From the NCBI GenBank assembly GCA_025451045.1, contig JANWLD010000001.1:273965-337964 (forward strand): 64,000 nucleotides of DNA. Reading direction: 5' to 3'. Shown here piece by piece: positions 9,094 through 18,193 of this stretch; the stretch's first letter is position 1; the number at the start of each line of letters is the position of its first letter. The notes below the pieces were generated by a model, which had not been told where the DNA came from, did not search any database, and saw only the letters and a program-made list of their open reading frames with translations. Both the position numbers and the translations under genes were made by a program. Source of the stretch: Candidatus Saccharimonadales bacterium (GTDB lineage: Bacteria; Patescibacteriota; Saccharimonadia; Saccharimonadales; 2-12-FULL-41-12).

Positions 9094-9866
9094 ATACAGT
9101 CGCCAAGAAAAGTTTAGGTCAGCACTGGCTTGATGACAAGCAGACACTATCTGCCATATGCGAACTTGCTGACATAAAAAAAGCTGAAAAAGTTCTGGAA
9201 ATAGGTCCCGGCCATGGCAGCTTGACCGAGATGTTACTGCAAAGCGGCGCAAAAGTCACGGCCGTTGAATTGGATAAAGAACTGGCTAAAAACTTAATAG
9301 CTAAAAATTTTGAAAACCTCCGTGTAATTAATCAGGATATCCTTGAATTTGACCTAACAAGTTTGCCACAAGGTTATAAAGTCGTCGCAAATATCCCATA
9401 TTATCTCACCAGCAACCTAATCCGTAATTTAAGCGAATCAACCAATCCGCCGGCTTCAATTACATTGCTCGTACAAAAAGAAGTGGCACAGCGGATTTGT
9501 GCCAAACCCGGTGGAATGTCTGTTTTGTCCGTTAGTGCCCAGGTTTATCACGATTGTACGCTTGGTTTGATCGTACCGGCCGAAAAGTTTATACCGCCGC
9601 CAAAAGTCGATTCGCAAGTAGTCCATATGGCAAGAAAGCTCAAACCCCTTGTAGACAATCAATCCAAAAAACAGTTTTTTCACGTAGTCAAAGCCGGATT
9701 TGCTGGCCGCCGCAAAACTCTTCCTAATTCACTTTCGGCGGGCTTGCACTTGCCAAAAGAAGAAGTCGCAGAGATACTCAGGCGCGTTAATATTGATACA
9801 AATACCCGGGCGCAGCAACTTTCGATTGATGATTGGCTGAAACTTAATAAATACTTAACACGTTAA
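9090..9866 (+). CDS. rsmA: 16S rRNA (adenine1518/1519-N6)-dimethyltransferase
   Basis: The translation begins KSLGQHWL and carries the SAM motif VLEIGPGHGSLT and NIPYYLTS. Confidence 0.9.
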   Translation: MNTVAKKSLGQHWLDDKQTLSAICELADIKKAEKVLEIGPGHGSLTEMLLQSGAKVTAVELDKELAKNLIAKNFENLRVINQDILEFDLTSLPQGYKVVANIPYYLTSNLIRNLSESTNPPASITLLVQKEVAQRICAKPGGMSVLSVSAQVYHDCTLGLIVPAEKFIPPPKVDSQVVHMARKLKPLVDNQSKKQFFHVVKAGFAGRRKTLPNSLSAGLHLPKEEVAEILRRVNIDTNTRAQQLSIDDWLKLNKYLTR

Positions 9867-9908
9867 GTATTTATTAAGTTCTTAGTGCTTGTGATAGGCT
9901 AAATACGT

Positions 9909-10328
9909 ATGCAAAGTGACATCGGTTCATTACTGCACAAAGTTTCCAAGGATTTGGACAAAATATCCGACCAGGTGCTTTTAGAGCGGCTAGGTATTGG
10001 CCTGTCACAGTTTCGGGTACTTCTCTATCTTTTAAACAGCGATGGCGTGCGGCAAAAATTAATCGCTGAAAATTTGGCGCAAACTGAACCTAGTGTCAGC
10101 CGCCAAGTCAAAGTTCTTCAACAAAAAGGCTTAGCAATCGTCCGCCGGAGCGTATCCAGCCGCCGCGACCGGTTGATATTTCTGACCCAGAAGGGCGCCA
10201 AAACTGCGGAAAAGGCAGTGAATATTCTTAACGAATACCACGCACCGATGTTTGCCAGTCTAAGCCCTAAAGAACAACAGCAACTAATTAAAACGCTCCA
10301 AGCCATGAGAGAATTCATCAGGGATTAA
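9909..10328 (+). CDS. MarR-family transcriptional regulator
   Basis: A winged helix is present in LSQFRVLLYL...IAENLAQTEPSVSRQVKVLQQKGLAIVRRS..DRR. Confidence 0.8.
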   Translation: MQSDIGSLLHKVSKDLDKISDQVLLERLGIGLSQFRVLLYLLNSDGVRQKLIAENLAQTEPSVSRQVKVLQQKGLAIVRRSVSSRRDRLIFLTQKGAKTAEKAVNILNEYHAPMFASLSPKEQQQLIKTLQAMREFIRD

Positions 10329-10330
10329 TC

Positions 10331-11137
10331 ATGAAAATTGAAAATATCAGTATCAACGGAATTGTTAAAGACGGGCCCGCAGCCGATAAATTATTGTTAG
10401 ACAGCCATGGCGCATTTGAAAGTTTCCGCCTGCACGGCGGGCGGGTATTTTTGCTTGATGAGCATTTTGATCGGCTGAAAAAAAGCCTGCAAGCGCTTGG
10501 TATAAACTGGGATGACGATAGGCAAAAATACTGCTCCTGGATTAAAGACCTATCTCGCAACCTGCCAAAAGACAAAGACGCATTTATACGTTTTACAGCT
10601 ACGCCGACGGATATAATAATACAAATAAGGTACATTCCGCCTTTTTCGCCTAAATCTTATCAAGCTGTAATTTTGGACAAAATCACACTGGAAAAACCAA
10701 ACTATTTTGAAAAATTTGGCTTCCGTATCAAATCGGTTGATTACATAAAGGCACGAACCAACCTAAGAAAGACGGCCGGGTTAAAACCCGGAGTCGAAGG
10801 AATATTACTGACCCCCGACGGTTTTGTAGCCGAAGCTTTAACTGCCAACATCTTTTGGGCCAAAGACGGGCAATTGTTCACATCCCCACTTGAGCTAGGC
10901 ATTTTGGCAGGCACAATGCGCGGCTATTTAATGACAAAAAATAAAGTAAAAGAAGCTTTAGCTAAAGCAACCGATTTAGACAATGCCGAAGAGATAATAT
11001 TAACCAGCGGCGCCAGCTACTTACGACCGCTGTCGGAAATAAACAATATAAAAAAACCCGGCGCGGCCGGCTCGGTTTTCAAAAGACTTTATAGTGAGCT
11101 GGTTGAGGATATAGAGAAAAAATCAAAACCCCTTTAG
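10331..11137 (+). CDS. aminotransferase class IV (branched-chain aminotransferase / aminodeoxychorismate-lyase family)
   Basis: The class-IV fold signature EALTANIFWAKDGQLFTSP...GILAGTMRG is present. Confidence 0.65.
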   Translation: MKIENISINGIVKDGPAADKLLLDSHGAFESFRLHGGRVFLLDEHFDRLKKSLQALGINWDDDRQKYCSWIKDLSRNLPKDKDAFIRFTATPTDIIIQIRYIPPFSPKSYQAVILDKITLEKPNYFEKFGFRIKSVDYIKARTNLRKTAGLKPGVEGILLTPDGFVAEALTANIFWAKDGQLFTSPLELGILAGTMRGYLMTKNKVKEALAKATDLDNAEEIILTSGASYLRPLSEINNIKKPGAAGSVFKRLYSELVEDIEKKSKPL

Positions 11138-12261
11138 GCCGTTGCTTTTTTGATTTTCTCCAACACGAGTTTTCCAAATTCGGTCGCGGTAACTTTTTTG
11201 GCAACCAAACCTTCTATTTCACCACTGGTCATAGCATATAAATCCGCTGGCAGATGAAGGTCATCCAGTACATCAGCGACTGCCTGCTCGATTACATCGG
11301 CAACCTCAGGCCGGTTAAGGCTATGTCTGAACATCAGGGCCGCGGAAAGTATCATTCCTATCGGATTGGCATTCTCCGCATCTTCTATATCGGGAGCAGA
11401 ACCATGGATAGGCTCGTACAGGCCGAAATCATTTTTTGCCAAACTGGCTGATGCGCCCAAGCCGAGTGAACCGATGACTTGGGCCCCCTCATCGGATAAT
11501 ATATCGCCGAACATATTAGTAGTTACTATTGTGCCGGTCTTTACTTTTCCTATCAAAGCGGCCGCTTCTGCATCAACATGTGAATATCCGATTGTTTCAT
11601 AAGCCATTCCTTCTTCTGCGGCTACTTCTTTGACCACAGCGCGCCACAGCCCGCCGGTCTCTTCCAAAACGTTGGTCTTATGAACCCAGCTAAGCTTATC
11701 CCCACGTTCCCGCGCCAGCTTTATGGCCATTTTGACGATTTTTTCTACCTGGCTTTCTTTGTAGAAAATTGTTTCATAAGCCCATCTTTCACCAGTTTCC
11801 TCATCAACCCCGTGATCAGAATCACCATAATAAGCGTCGCCGGTAAATTCACGGACAATCATAAGATCCGTACCCTGTGCTATACGATTTTCCAGCGGAG
11901 ACAAATGGACTCCGATTTCACCCAAGATCTTTAGCGGACGAAGGTTGGCATAGAGGCCAAGCTTTTCCCTAAGCGGCAGAATGGCTTTTTTCTCCAAACC
12001 TTGCCATTTCGGGTCGTCGCTATTCGGCGGACCACCAAACGGACCCTTCAATACAGCATCCATTTTAGTTGCCGCAGTTACAGATGAATCCGGCAAATGC
12101 TCACCGGTTTGATCAAATGCTTCGCCCGAAACCGGTATATGCACGAAGTTTGGATGCAAGCCTGCCATTTCAGCGCCAGCTTCCACAATGGGCAAAGTCA
12201 GCCCAGTAATTTTTGGTCCTATCCCGTCTCCGGGCATTACACCTATATATATTTCTGACAT
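11134..12261 (-). CDS. isocitrate/3-isopropylmalate dehydrogenase family enzyme (LeuB-like)
   Basis: The N-terminus reads IGVMPGDGIGPKI, and NMFGDILSDEGA...GSLGLGASAS and GSAPDI follow. These are typical beta-decarboxylating dehydrogenase motifs. Confidence 0.8.
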   Translation of the reverse strand: MSEIYIGVMPGDGIGPKITGLTLPIVEAGAEMAGLHPNFVHIPVSGEAFDQTGEHLPDSSVTAATKMDAVLKGPFGGPPNSDDPKWQGLEKKAILPLREKLGLYANLRPLKILGEIGVHLSPLENRIAQGTDLMIVREFTGDAYYGDSDHGVDEETGERWAYETIFYKESQVEKIVKMAIKLARERGDKLSWVHKTNVLEETGGLWRAVVKEVAAEEGMAYETIGYSHVDAEAAALIGKVKTGTIVTTNMFGDILSDEGAQVIGSLGLGASASLAKNDFGLYEPIHGSAPDIEDAENANPIGMILSAALMFRHSLNRPEVADVIEQAVADVLDDLHLPADLYAMTSGEIEGLVAKKVTATEFGKLVLEKIKKATA

Positions 12262-12320
12262 GCACTAATTTTCCGGTAAGATCTAGCCGAATGCAAGCAT
12301 GAGCAGATTAGAATATAAGG

Positions 12321-14093
12321 CTAGAAACCGCCGTAACCGCCGCCGTAACCAGCGAAACTGACATCCGGTTTATGATAGTCGGTGACCTTTAAATCAGTAG
12401 CTGATCCGGGGCCTTTGGCCGGTACGATATATAGCTCGCTATCGTTCTTTGAATAAAGAAGATAGTCATCAGAGTACCAGCCATAAGGTACGTATTCAGT
12501 TAAACTGGCTATTTCTTTTCCGTGCCCGCCGTTTGCATCGCCTATAAATAGAGTGTTTTTGCCATCCCTTGGCTCATACCATGAAGTTTGCTTGCCGGAA
12601 GGGGAGAGCAGGTAGGTAGGGTAGTAGCTATAGAATTTATCGCCATCTACGCCTGAAGCGGCCTTGACTTGTCCATCCTCATATTCCAAATAGGTAGTTC
12701 CGGAGGAATTGTCTATCGCAAAATAGATCTCATTCGGAGTATAAGCGACTGCATCTACGTAGACATCATAGCCGGCATTAAAAGTCTTTAAAGTTCTTTT
12801 ATCGCTACCATCCGGATTGACGCTAATTATGGAATTTTTCTTTCCGGCAGTCAGCCCGCCTGATTCATCAGTACTATTCCAAACGGAAGCGAAAACTACC
12901 TTGTCGGTCGTAAGATAGATATTTTGGGCAGCAAGCTCAGCATAGTTTGAGGAATTTGTACCAACTCCCTTTGAATTGTTAAGCGAGGTTAGTTTTTTTG
13001 ATGAAGCATTAAAACTCTTTATCGATGACCTTCCATTTTGCCATTCATGGATATTTTTACGATCGACAGTATAAATGAAGTTATCATTCAGCCAGCCGCT
13101 GAACGAGAAGGTCGCGTTGCCTTCATCTACTGTGCTGAGCTTATCCGTCGCGGTGTCTATTAGATAAACTTTTTCTGAGCCTTCTCGTTTTGAAAGAAGG
13201 GCAAGGTATTTCCAGTCGCGAGATGCTAGCAGGACTGTATTAGTTTCATCTTCTTTGCCGGTGCCGGCTAATACCGTTTGGCGGGCACTGCCATCCAGAT
13301 TAGTCTTGACCACATCTATCTTGCCGGAAAGTTTAGAAAGAAAATACAGCTTACCAACACGGGTTATTTGGAAAGTATTGGCGTTGTTTTCATCTTCGGT
13401 CACTTTGATTTTAATTTTTTGATCATTGTAGCCGTTCATTTTTACCGCACCCTCAATCGTCGGCTTGTCCTGCGGCAAGACTATGATAGCCTTACCATCC
13501 TTATCGGTCCTGGACGTCGTACCGGCCGCGGATACCTCGGCGTTTTCTACCGGTTGGTTTGTAATCTTATCAATGACCTTTACTGGTACCTGTCGTCCGG
13601 TAGCTTCAAAATTAACCCCCAGCGGAGTTGCTTGTGTCGATAATGAAACAAATACCGAGACAGTCTGTTCTTTGTAATATTTTTTCGTAAGGGTTAGCGC
13701 GGCTTTGCCCACAGCGGCATGTATGGTCGCTTTACCATCTTTGTCGGTACGTGTATTTGTGCCATCCAGTGAAACATCTGCGTCACTAACCGGCTTTTGA
13801 GTTTCAGAATCAACTACAACTACTGAGAAATCCTTTTTGATAAACAGGCCAAGGACTTTATATCTGGTAGACGGAATAACTAGGAGTATCGCTAACAACA
13901 GCACGAGAGTTAGCGGTATGCTTAATTTCTTATGGTTCTTATACCAATTTTTAAACCGGCTTAGTTTACTGTTACCCGACGGTTTTGGAGTGGTCTCAAA
14001 AGATTCGGAAGATGTTACCTCCGGCTTTGGGGTTTGCTCATCATCTAGGCTTACCGTTTCTATTTCGTCACTATTTTTAATTTCATCGGCCAT
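12321..14093 (-). CDS. hypothetical membrane-anchored surface protein (two CarbopepD_reg-like repeats plus a TolB-like beta-propeller region, with a Gly/Tyr tail)
   Basis: There is an N-terminal TM helix. Two tandem ~35-aa repeats each end TDKDGKA(T/I)I. WD/TolB-like repeats follow. The C-terminus reads GYGGGYGGF. Confidence 0.5.
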   Translation of the reverse strand: MADEIKNSDEIETVSLDDEQTPKPEVTSSESFETTPKPSGNSKLSRFKNWYKNHKKLSIPLTLVLLLAILLVIPSTRYKVLGLFIKKDFSVVVVDSETQKPVSDADVSLDGTNTRTDKDGKATIHAAVGKAALTLTKKYYKEQTVSVFVSLSTQATPLGVNFEATGRQVPVKVIDKITNQPVENAEVSAAGTTSRTDKDGKAIIVLPQDKPTIEGAVKMNGYNDQKIKIKVTEDENNANTFQITRVGKLYFLSKLSGKIDVVKTNLDGSARQTVLAGTGKEDETNTVLLASRDWKYLALLSKREGSEKVYLIDTATDKLSTVDEGNATFSFSGWLNDNFIYTVDRKNIHEWQNGRSSIKSFNASSKKLTSLNNSKGVGTNSSNYAELAAQNIYLTTDKVVFASVWNSTDESGGLTAGKKNSIISVNPDGSDKRTLKTFNAGYDVYVDAVAYTPNEIYFAIDNSSGTTYLEYEDGQVKAASGVDGDKFYSYYPTYLLSPSGKQTSWYEPRDGKNTLFIGDANGGHGKEIASLTEYVPYGWYSDDYLLYSKNDSELYIVPAKGPGSATDLKVTDYHKPDVSFAGYGGGYGGF

Positions 14094-14178
14094 GATTAAT
14101 CCTCATTATATATTTGATGGAATTATACAAGTATTTTGCGAAAAACGTATATGCTAAATCAAAAAAATAGCCGCAAAA

Positions 14179-14913
14179 CTAATCTTGGCGGCGGATAGTC
14201 AATGAAGCCAGCACCAAAGCGGCCACGGTATAACAGCCAACAATTAAAAGGTCATGGGTCAGCTCAGAAGTCCATTCAAAATTCGACGTAATCTGTTTCA
14301 TAGCATCTACGCTGTAAGTAAGCGGCATAACATTGGCAAACCATTGAAGCGGCTGTGCCATTTGCTCGCGGGCAATGAACAAGCCGCAGGTAAGCAATTG
14401 AGGCAAAATGAATGCCGGCATAAATTGAACGGCCTGGAATTCGCTTCTGGCAAACGCGCTGGTAAAAAGCCCCAGCGAAGTACCAAGCAGTCCAGCCGCG
14501 ACCGCACAGACAATTGTTGGGAAGGTACCGCCCAGTACCGGCACATCCAAAAGCCCCAACATCACGCCTGTCGCAATACACGCTTGGGCAAGTGCTACCA
14601 GACCAAAGGCTAACGCGTAACCAAATATAAAATCCATTTTGCCAATTGGCATCGTCATCAGCCTATCCAATGTTCCGCTGGTCCGTTCGCGCAGGGTAGC
14701 TATGGAAGTAACCAAAAACATCATTACCATTGGGAAAATGCCCAGTAGCATCGGAGCCAACTGGTTAAAAGTATTTGGCTCATTTTGAAAAACATATTTG
14801 AAAATGGTCAAAAGCACTGGCGGCACAACAAACAAAAGCGCCAAAGTACGATGGTCATGGCTGAGCTGGCGCAATACGCGCTTGGCCGTGGCCAGCGTCT
14901 TCCGCGGGCTCAT
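14179..14913 (-). CDS. ABC-2 type transporter permease
   Basis: It has six predicted TM helices. It is translationally coupled to the upstream ATPase, with the stop and start overlapping. Confidence 0.75.
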   Translation of the reverse strand: MSPRKTLATAKRVLRQLSHDHRTLALLFVVPPVLLTIFKYVFQNEPNTFNQLAPMLLGIFPMVMMFLVTSIATLRERTSGTLDRLMTMPIGKMDFIFGYALAFGLVALAQACIATGVMLGLLDVPVLGGTFPTIVCAVAAGLLGTSLGLFTSAFARSEFQAVQFMPAFILPQLLTCGLFIAREQMAQPLQWFANVMPLTYSVDAMKQITSNFEWTSELTHDLLIVGCYTVAALVLASLTIRRQD

Positions 14914-15659
14914 GTTTGGCCTCCGACCAGTTTCAAAAAGCTTTCTTCAATCGTTTTTGTCCCAGTATGTTTCTTCAGGTCCGCCGGCGTACTGTGGGCA
15001 ATGGCCTGTCCGTTGCGCAGTAGCACTAAATCATCGCATCTTTCAGCTTCATCCATAGAATGGCTGGTGATTACCAATGTCGTGCCTTGCTTGGCCAATT
15101 GAGCGAAGAGATTCCAAAGTTTGTTCCGTAGCACCGGATCCAACCCGACGGTTGGTTCGTCCAGCACCATCAGCTTGGGTGAGCCGATAAGCGCGATTGC
15201 CAGCGAAACCCGTTGTTTTTGGCCGCCGGAAAGACTACTGACTAAACTGTCGGTCTTATCAGTTAAATCCACAGCTTTTAAGACTTCAATCAGTGTTTTC
15301 TTTAAATCTTTGCGCGCTTGCCCTGACATAATCGCAAAGAAATTCAAGTTTTCTCTTATTGTAAGATCCGGATAAACGGAGAGCTCTTGGGTCATATACC
15401 TGGCTTGCTTGCGTAATTCTGCCGATCCGGGTTTCATGCCGAAGACCAAAATTTCTCCTGAAGTTATACGCGTTCTTCCGACAATACTGCGGACCAACGT
15501 GGTTTTTCCGGCGCCGGACGGGCCGATTATACCCACGGTTTTTTTAGATGGCAGCTCTATACTGACGTTCTTTATTGCTTCGATTGCTCCGGGAAGGGTA
15601 ACTGATAAATTCTTTATTTGTACCGCGTTTTCCATACCTAAAGCATAACAAACCGACAA
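14910..15659 (-). CDS. ABC transporter ATP-binding protein
   Basis: Walker A GPSGAGKTT, signature LSGGQKQR, and Walker B LMVLDEPT are all present. Confidence 0.9.
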   Translation of the reverse strand: MSVCYALGMENAVQIKNLSVTLPGAIEAIKNVSIELPSKKTVGIIGPSGAGKTTLVRSIVGRTRITSGEILVFGMKPGSAELRKQARYMTQELSVYPDLTIRENLNFFAIMSGQARKDLKKTLIEVLKAVDLTDKTDSLVSSLSGGQKQRVSLAIALIGSPKLMVLDEPTVGLDPVLRNKLWNLFAQLAKQGTTLVITSHSMDEAERCDDLVLLRNGQAIAHSTPADLKKHTGTKTIEESFLKLVGGQT

Positions 15660-15667
15660 AGAATTTA

Positions 15668-16195
15668 TTATTTAGCTGGTGAAACGAAACTCATCAATTG
15701 GCTTCCATCCGGCAGAAACTCCGTATGAATATCAAAGTGCTGTTCCATATCTTGGGCTAAAGTTACAGACTTTTCATGCACGTCCTGAGCTTCGTCGTCT
15801 CTTCCGACTTCAGTATAAGCGCCCTCCATGGCGTGGTATAAACGAGCAAGACTAAAAAAACCGCTATAGGTTCCTCGCATCTTATAACTTTCAACTAATG
15901 GCTGTGCCTTTTCAAGATTAGTCACCGCCTGAACCGGCCTTTTTGCCCTTAAATAAGAATGGGCGGCATCCATAAGCAGGTTACTCAGTTGTATCGGTTC
16001 CGTTTCAGTGTGCCGCGCGGCTTTTTTTTCATATCCTTTGGCTTCTATTAAGGATTGGACTCTATTTTTTCTTTCGCGCGCGCGTTTTATAAACAGCAAA
16101 GCTTTAAAAAACAAAATAGTACGGCGCGGCAGCTCAAATGGTTCCAGTTCTAGCTCTAGGGGAGATTTATCCGCCTTTATCTCAGGAGAACTCAT
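15668..16195 (-). CDS. hypothetical protein
   Basis: This is a 175 aa ORF with no recognisable motif. Confidence 0.4.
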   Translation of the reverse strand: MSSPEIKADKSPLELELEPFELPRRTILFFKALLFIKRARERKNRVQSLIEAKGYEKKAARHTETEPIQLSNLLMDAAHSYLRAKRPVQAVTNLEKAQPLVESYKMRGTYSGFFSLARLYHAMEGAYTEVGRDDEAQDVHEKSVTLAQDMEQHFDIHTEFLPDGSQLMSFVSPAK

Positions 16196-16258
16196 TATAT
16201 AAATATTTATACGACTATTACTTTAATAGTTCAAGAGGACTTTCATTTTGTACCCGGA

Positions 16259-16687
16259 CTAACGGCCATGTATCCGTGGATTTTGTCTGCGTTTTCGCCG
16301 CCCCGCCACCGTCATTTTAGGGGGTCCGAATTCTTCGGCCATCATTTTATTCAATCTTGAAACCTTGCCAGATCTAATTTTCTGCCGCTGGGTTTTGTTT
16401 GGCGAACCCGCCTGTTTTTGTTTGCCTGAGCTATAAGCTTCGTAATCATAATATTTACCCCGTCTGTCGGATATTATCCGGCCTTTAGCTTCAATCGCTT
16501 TTAGTCCGTTTGATATGTCTTTAAAAACACCGCTTGAAACTTTTCTTTCCAAGGTCAAGGCATAGATGATTTCTTTCATTGTAGCCCTAGAGCCGCCGCT
16601 ATCTATCAGGCCCAGTACTACATCTTCAAAATAAAGCCCTTCATTTGGTGTCTTTGGCTTTTGCTCGGCGCCTAATTTTGCTTCCAC
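16259..16687 (-). CDS. hypothetical basic protein with a possible winged-helix segment
   Basis: This is a 142 aa ORF. The central segment ATMKEIIYAL...GRIISDRRGKYY is winged-helix-like, and the C-terminal tail is Arg/Lys-rich. Confidence 0.45.
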   Translation of the reverse strand: MEAKLGAEQKPKTPNEGLYFEDVVLGLIDSGGSRATMKEIIYALTLERKVSSGVFKDISNGLKAIEAKGRIISDRRGKYYDYEAYSSGKQKQAGSPNKTQRQKIRSGKVSRLNKMMAEEFGPPKMTVAGRRKRRQNPRIHGR

Positions 16688-16769
16688 AACAGTGTCCTCC
16701 GTTCTAAACGTTTATTTATAAACCAACATTTATAAGGTTGCAAGCCCCGTAGTAGACTTTTGAGTTTAT

Positions 16770-16841
16770 CTGCCTCGGAGATTAGCTTCCCGGCCACTTG
16801 GCCGGGAAGGTCTCAAAAGCTCACTACCGGGCAAGCATGAG
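16770..16841. repeat. 72-bp inverted repeat, left copy. It is the reverse complement of 18194..18265, with 71/72 identities.
   Basis: Directly compared in the sequence. It contains a perfect 10-bp GC-rich hairpin CTTCCCGGCC-ACTT-GGCCGGGAAG. Confidence 0.9.
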
Positions 16842-16849
16842 CGGGAAGC

Positions 16850-16881
16850 AAAAAAGCTTTAGGATTAACTCAAGCTTTTTT
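16850..16881. terminator. bidirectional hairpin terminator (AAAAAAGCTT...AAGCTTTTTT) downstream of the prepilin gene
   Basis: A 10-bp perfect stem with a 12-nt loop is flanked by A and T runs. Confidence 0.5.
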
Positions 16882-16913
16882 GGTAAAGCTGGCGGGTAAA
16901 TACTCCCAAGCCC
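16879..16913 (-). repeat. degenerate copy of the tmRNA 3' end (T-arm plus acceptor-CCA-like segment)
   Basis: In the minus sense it reads GGGCTTGGGAGTATTTACCCGCCAGCTTTACCAAAA. This aligns at about 29/35 positions with the ssrA 3' end GGACGTGGGAGAATTACCCACCAGCTCCACCAAAA at 17735..17701. Confidence 0.6.
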
Positions 16914-16945
16914 TATGGATTTATGCGGCTTATTAAGCTTACGAT

Positions 16946-17626
16946 TTAGCGATACGCAATTGTGGCTATGAGCAACTCGACTGTTTTAGTAGCAGATTGA
17001 CCATTATCAGAATCTAATACACCATAACCGTTACTTGCGGCGAAATATATGTCCGAAGCATTCTGCCAATATGCCTCAAAGTTGGCATTATCGTTCCAAT
17101 TATAGGTACGTACGGCTAAACCGTCTTTTGTAGTAAGGCTGCCATCTTCTACAGTTCCGCTTTCCAAAGGACTTGTATTTGGCTGACCTTTTTTGGTAGC
17201 TGACTCAACGATACTTCCCAAATTACCCATCGATTTTCCATAATTGATTCCGATTATTTGTAAATCCGCCGGCATGTTAGTGACAGGACCGTCCAGGTAA
17301 TCACCAGGAGTTTTAGTAGTCGAAATGGTGATATGGCCACTGCTATTGATCAACTTATCTTCGGTGACGTACCAACCGGACGGATATTTAAAACTTATGT
17401 AGCCCGTATCGGGATTTTTTGAAGAATAAGTTTGCCAACCAGCATATTTATCCTCGGATGCTTCAGTTTTGGTTGAGGTTGAAGATTGTATGGATGAGTT
17501 CGAGATACTATTGTTTTTATTCTGTGTTTTATATACATAGAATATAACTCCGGCTATCATCAGAACGATTATTAAAATAAGTATAGCCTCAATAGCAGAA
17601 AAACCTTTAGAGTTTAGTTTTTTCAT
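16946..17626 (-). CDS. type IV prepilin (class III signal peptide) with a Ser/Thr-rich linker and a globular C-terminal domain
   Basis: The N-terminus reads MKKLNSKG^FSAIEAILILIIVLMIAGVIFYV. It carries the canonical G-F...E(+5) prepilin peptidase site. An AAGGA ribosome-binding site is present. Confidence 0.75.
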   Translation of the reverse strand: MKKLNSKGFSAIEAILILIIVLMIAGVIFYVYKTQNKNNSISNSSIQSSTSTKTEASEDKYAGWQTYSSKNPDTGYISFKYPSGWYVTEDKLINSSGHITISTTKTPGDYLDGPVTNMPADLQIIGINYGKSMGNLGSIVESATKKGQPNTSPLESGTVEDGSLTTKDGLAVRTYNWNDNANFEAYWQNASDIYFAASNGYGVLDSDNGQSATKTVELLIATIAYR

Positions 17627-17662
17627 AAATAATCCTTATGTTTAAATACTTAAGCTAATAAT

Positions 17663-17689
17663 AAAAAAACTCTTGTAATAATACAAGAG
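17663..17689 (-). terminator. rho-independent terminator of ssrA (CTCTTGTA-TTAT-TACAAGAG followed by TTTTTTT in the minus sense)
   Basis: An 8-bp perfect stem followed by a 7-T run lies 12 nt after the tmRNA CCA end. Confidence 0.7.
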
Positions 17690-17700
17690 TTAAAGAATTT

Positions 17701-18074
17701 TGGTGGAGCTGGTGGGTAATTCTCCCACGTCCATCAGTTTACGTCGTTGGTCGTCTACAAGCTTAGGCTATTTAGTTACGTCCTGAGATAAAAATAACCA
17801 AAAAATCAGGCCGGTTGACCCAAAGTCTTAGCGCATCTTACGGGTCGGTAAGTTGCGAGCGTTCAGAAAATATGACGCCAACTGAAAATATCTGAAGTCA
17901 ATTCAGTGGCGAACTTCGTTCTTAGGCGAAGTTGAATGCTAGCTTAGGCGCGAACGCATCAGCTAAGCGGTTTAGAAATGTTTTTGCATTTACTAAAAGT
18001 TTCCCTATGACGCTGAGAAGCGGCTTGCGGAATCCAACTTGTAAAGGTCCGATGTCGAGCTAAAATACAGCCCC
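17701..18074 (-). ncRNA. ssrA: tmRNA (transfer-messenger RNA)
   Basis: In the minus sense the 5' end reads GGGGCTGTATTTTAGCTCGACATCGG, which carries the canonical GGGGCUG acceptor strand and UCGAC element. The 3' end reads GGACGTGGGAGAATTACCCACCAGCTCCACCA, with a T-arm-like hairpin and CAGCUCC-A-CCA pairing the 5' end. Its 374-nt length fits. An internal tag-like reading frame ends ...AFAPKLAFNFA-TAA. Confidence 0.75.
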
Positions 18075-18193
18075 TCATGTAACTTCAAATTTTGAAGTAA
18101 CTTGAGCGGATGAAAATCTGGGTTGTTAAAGAGGGGGTGAGGCTCCCGATTACTCTGTGATTATAGCATAAAAACAATCGGATTACAATACCT

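Noticed and set aside
17627-18193. Protein-coding potential in the 570-nt gap between the prepilin gene and the right inverted repeat
   Set aside because: No ORF of useful length exists here. The region is explained by a tmRNA gene with canonical 5' and 3' ends and its terminator.
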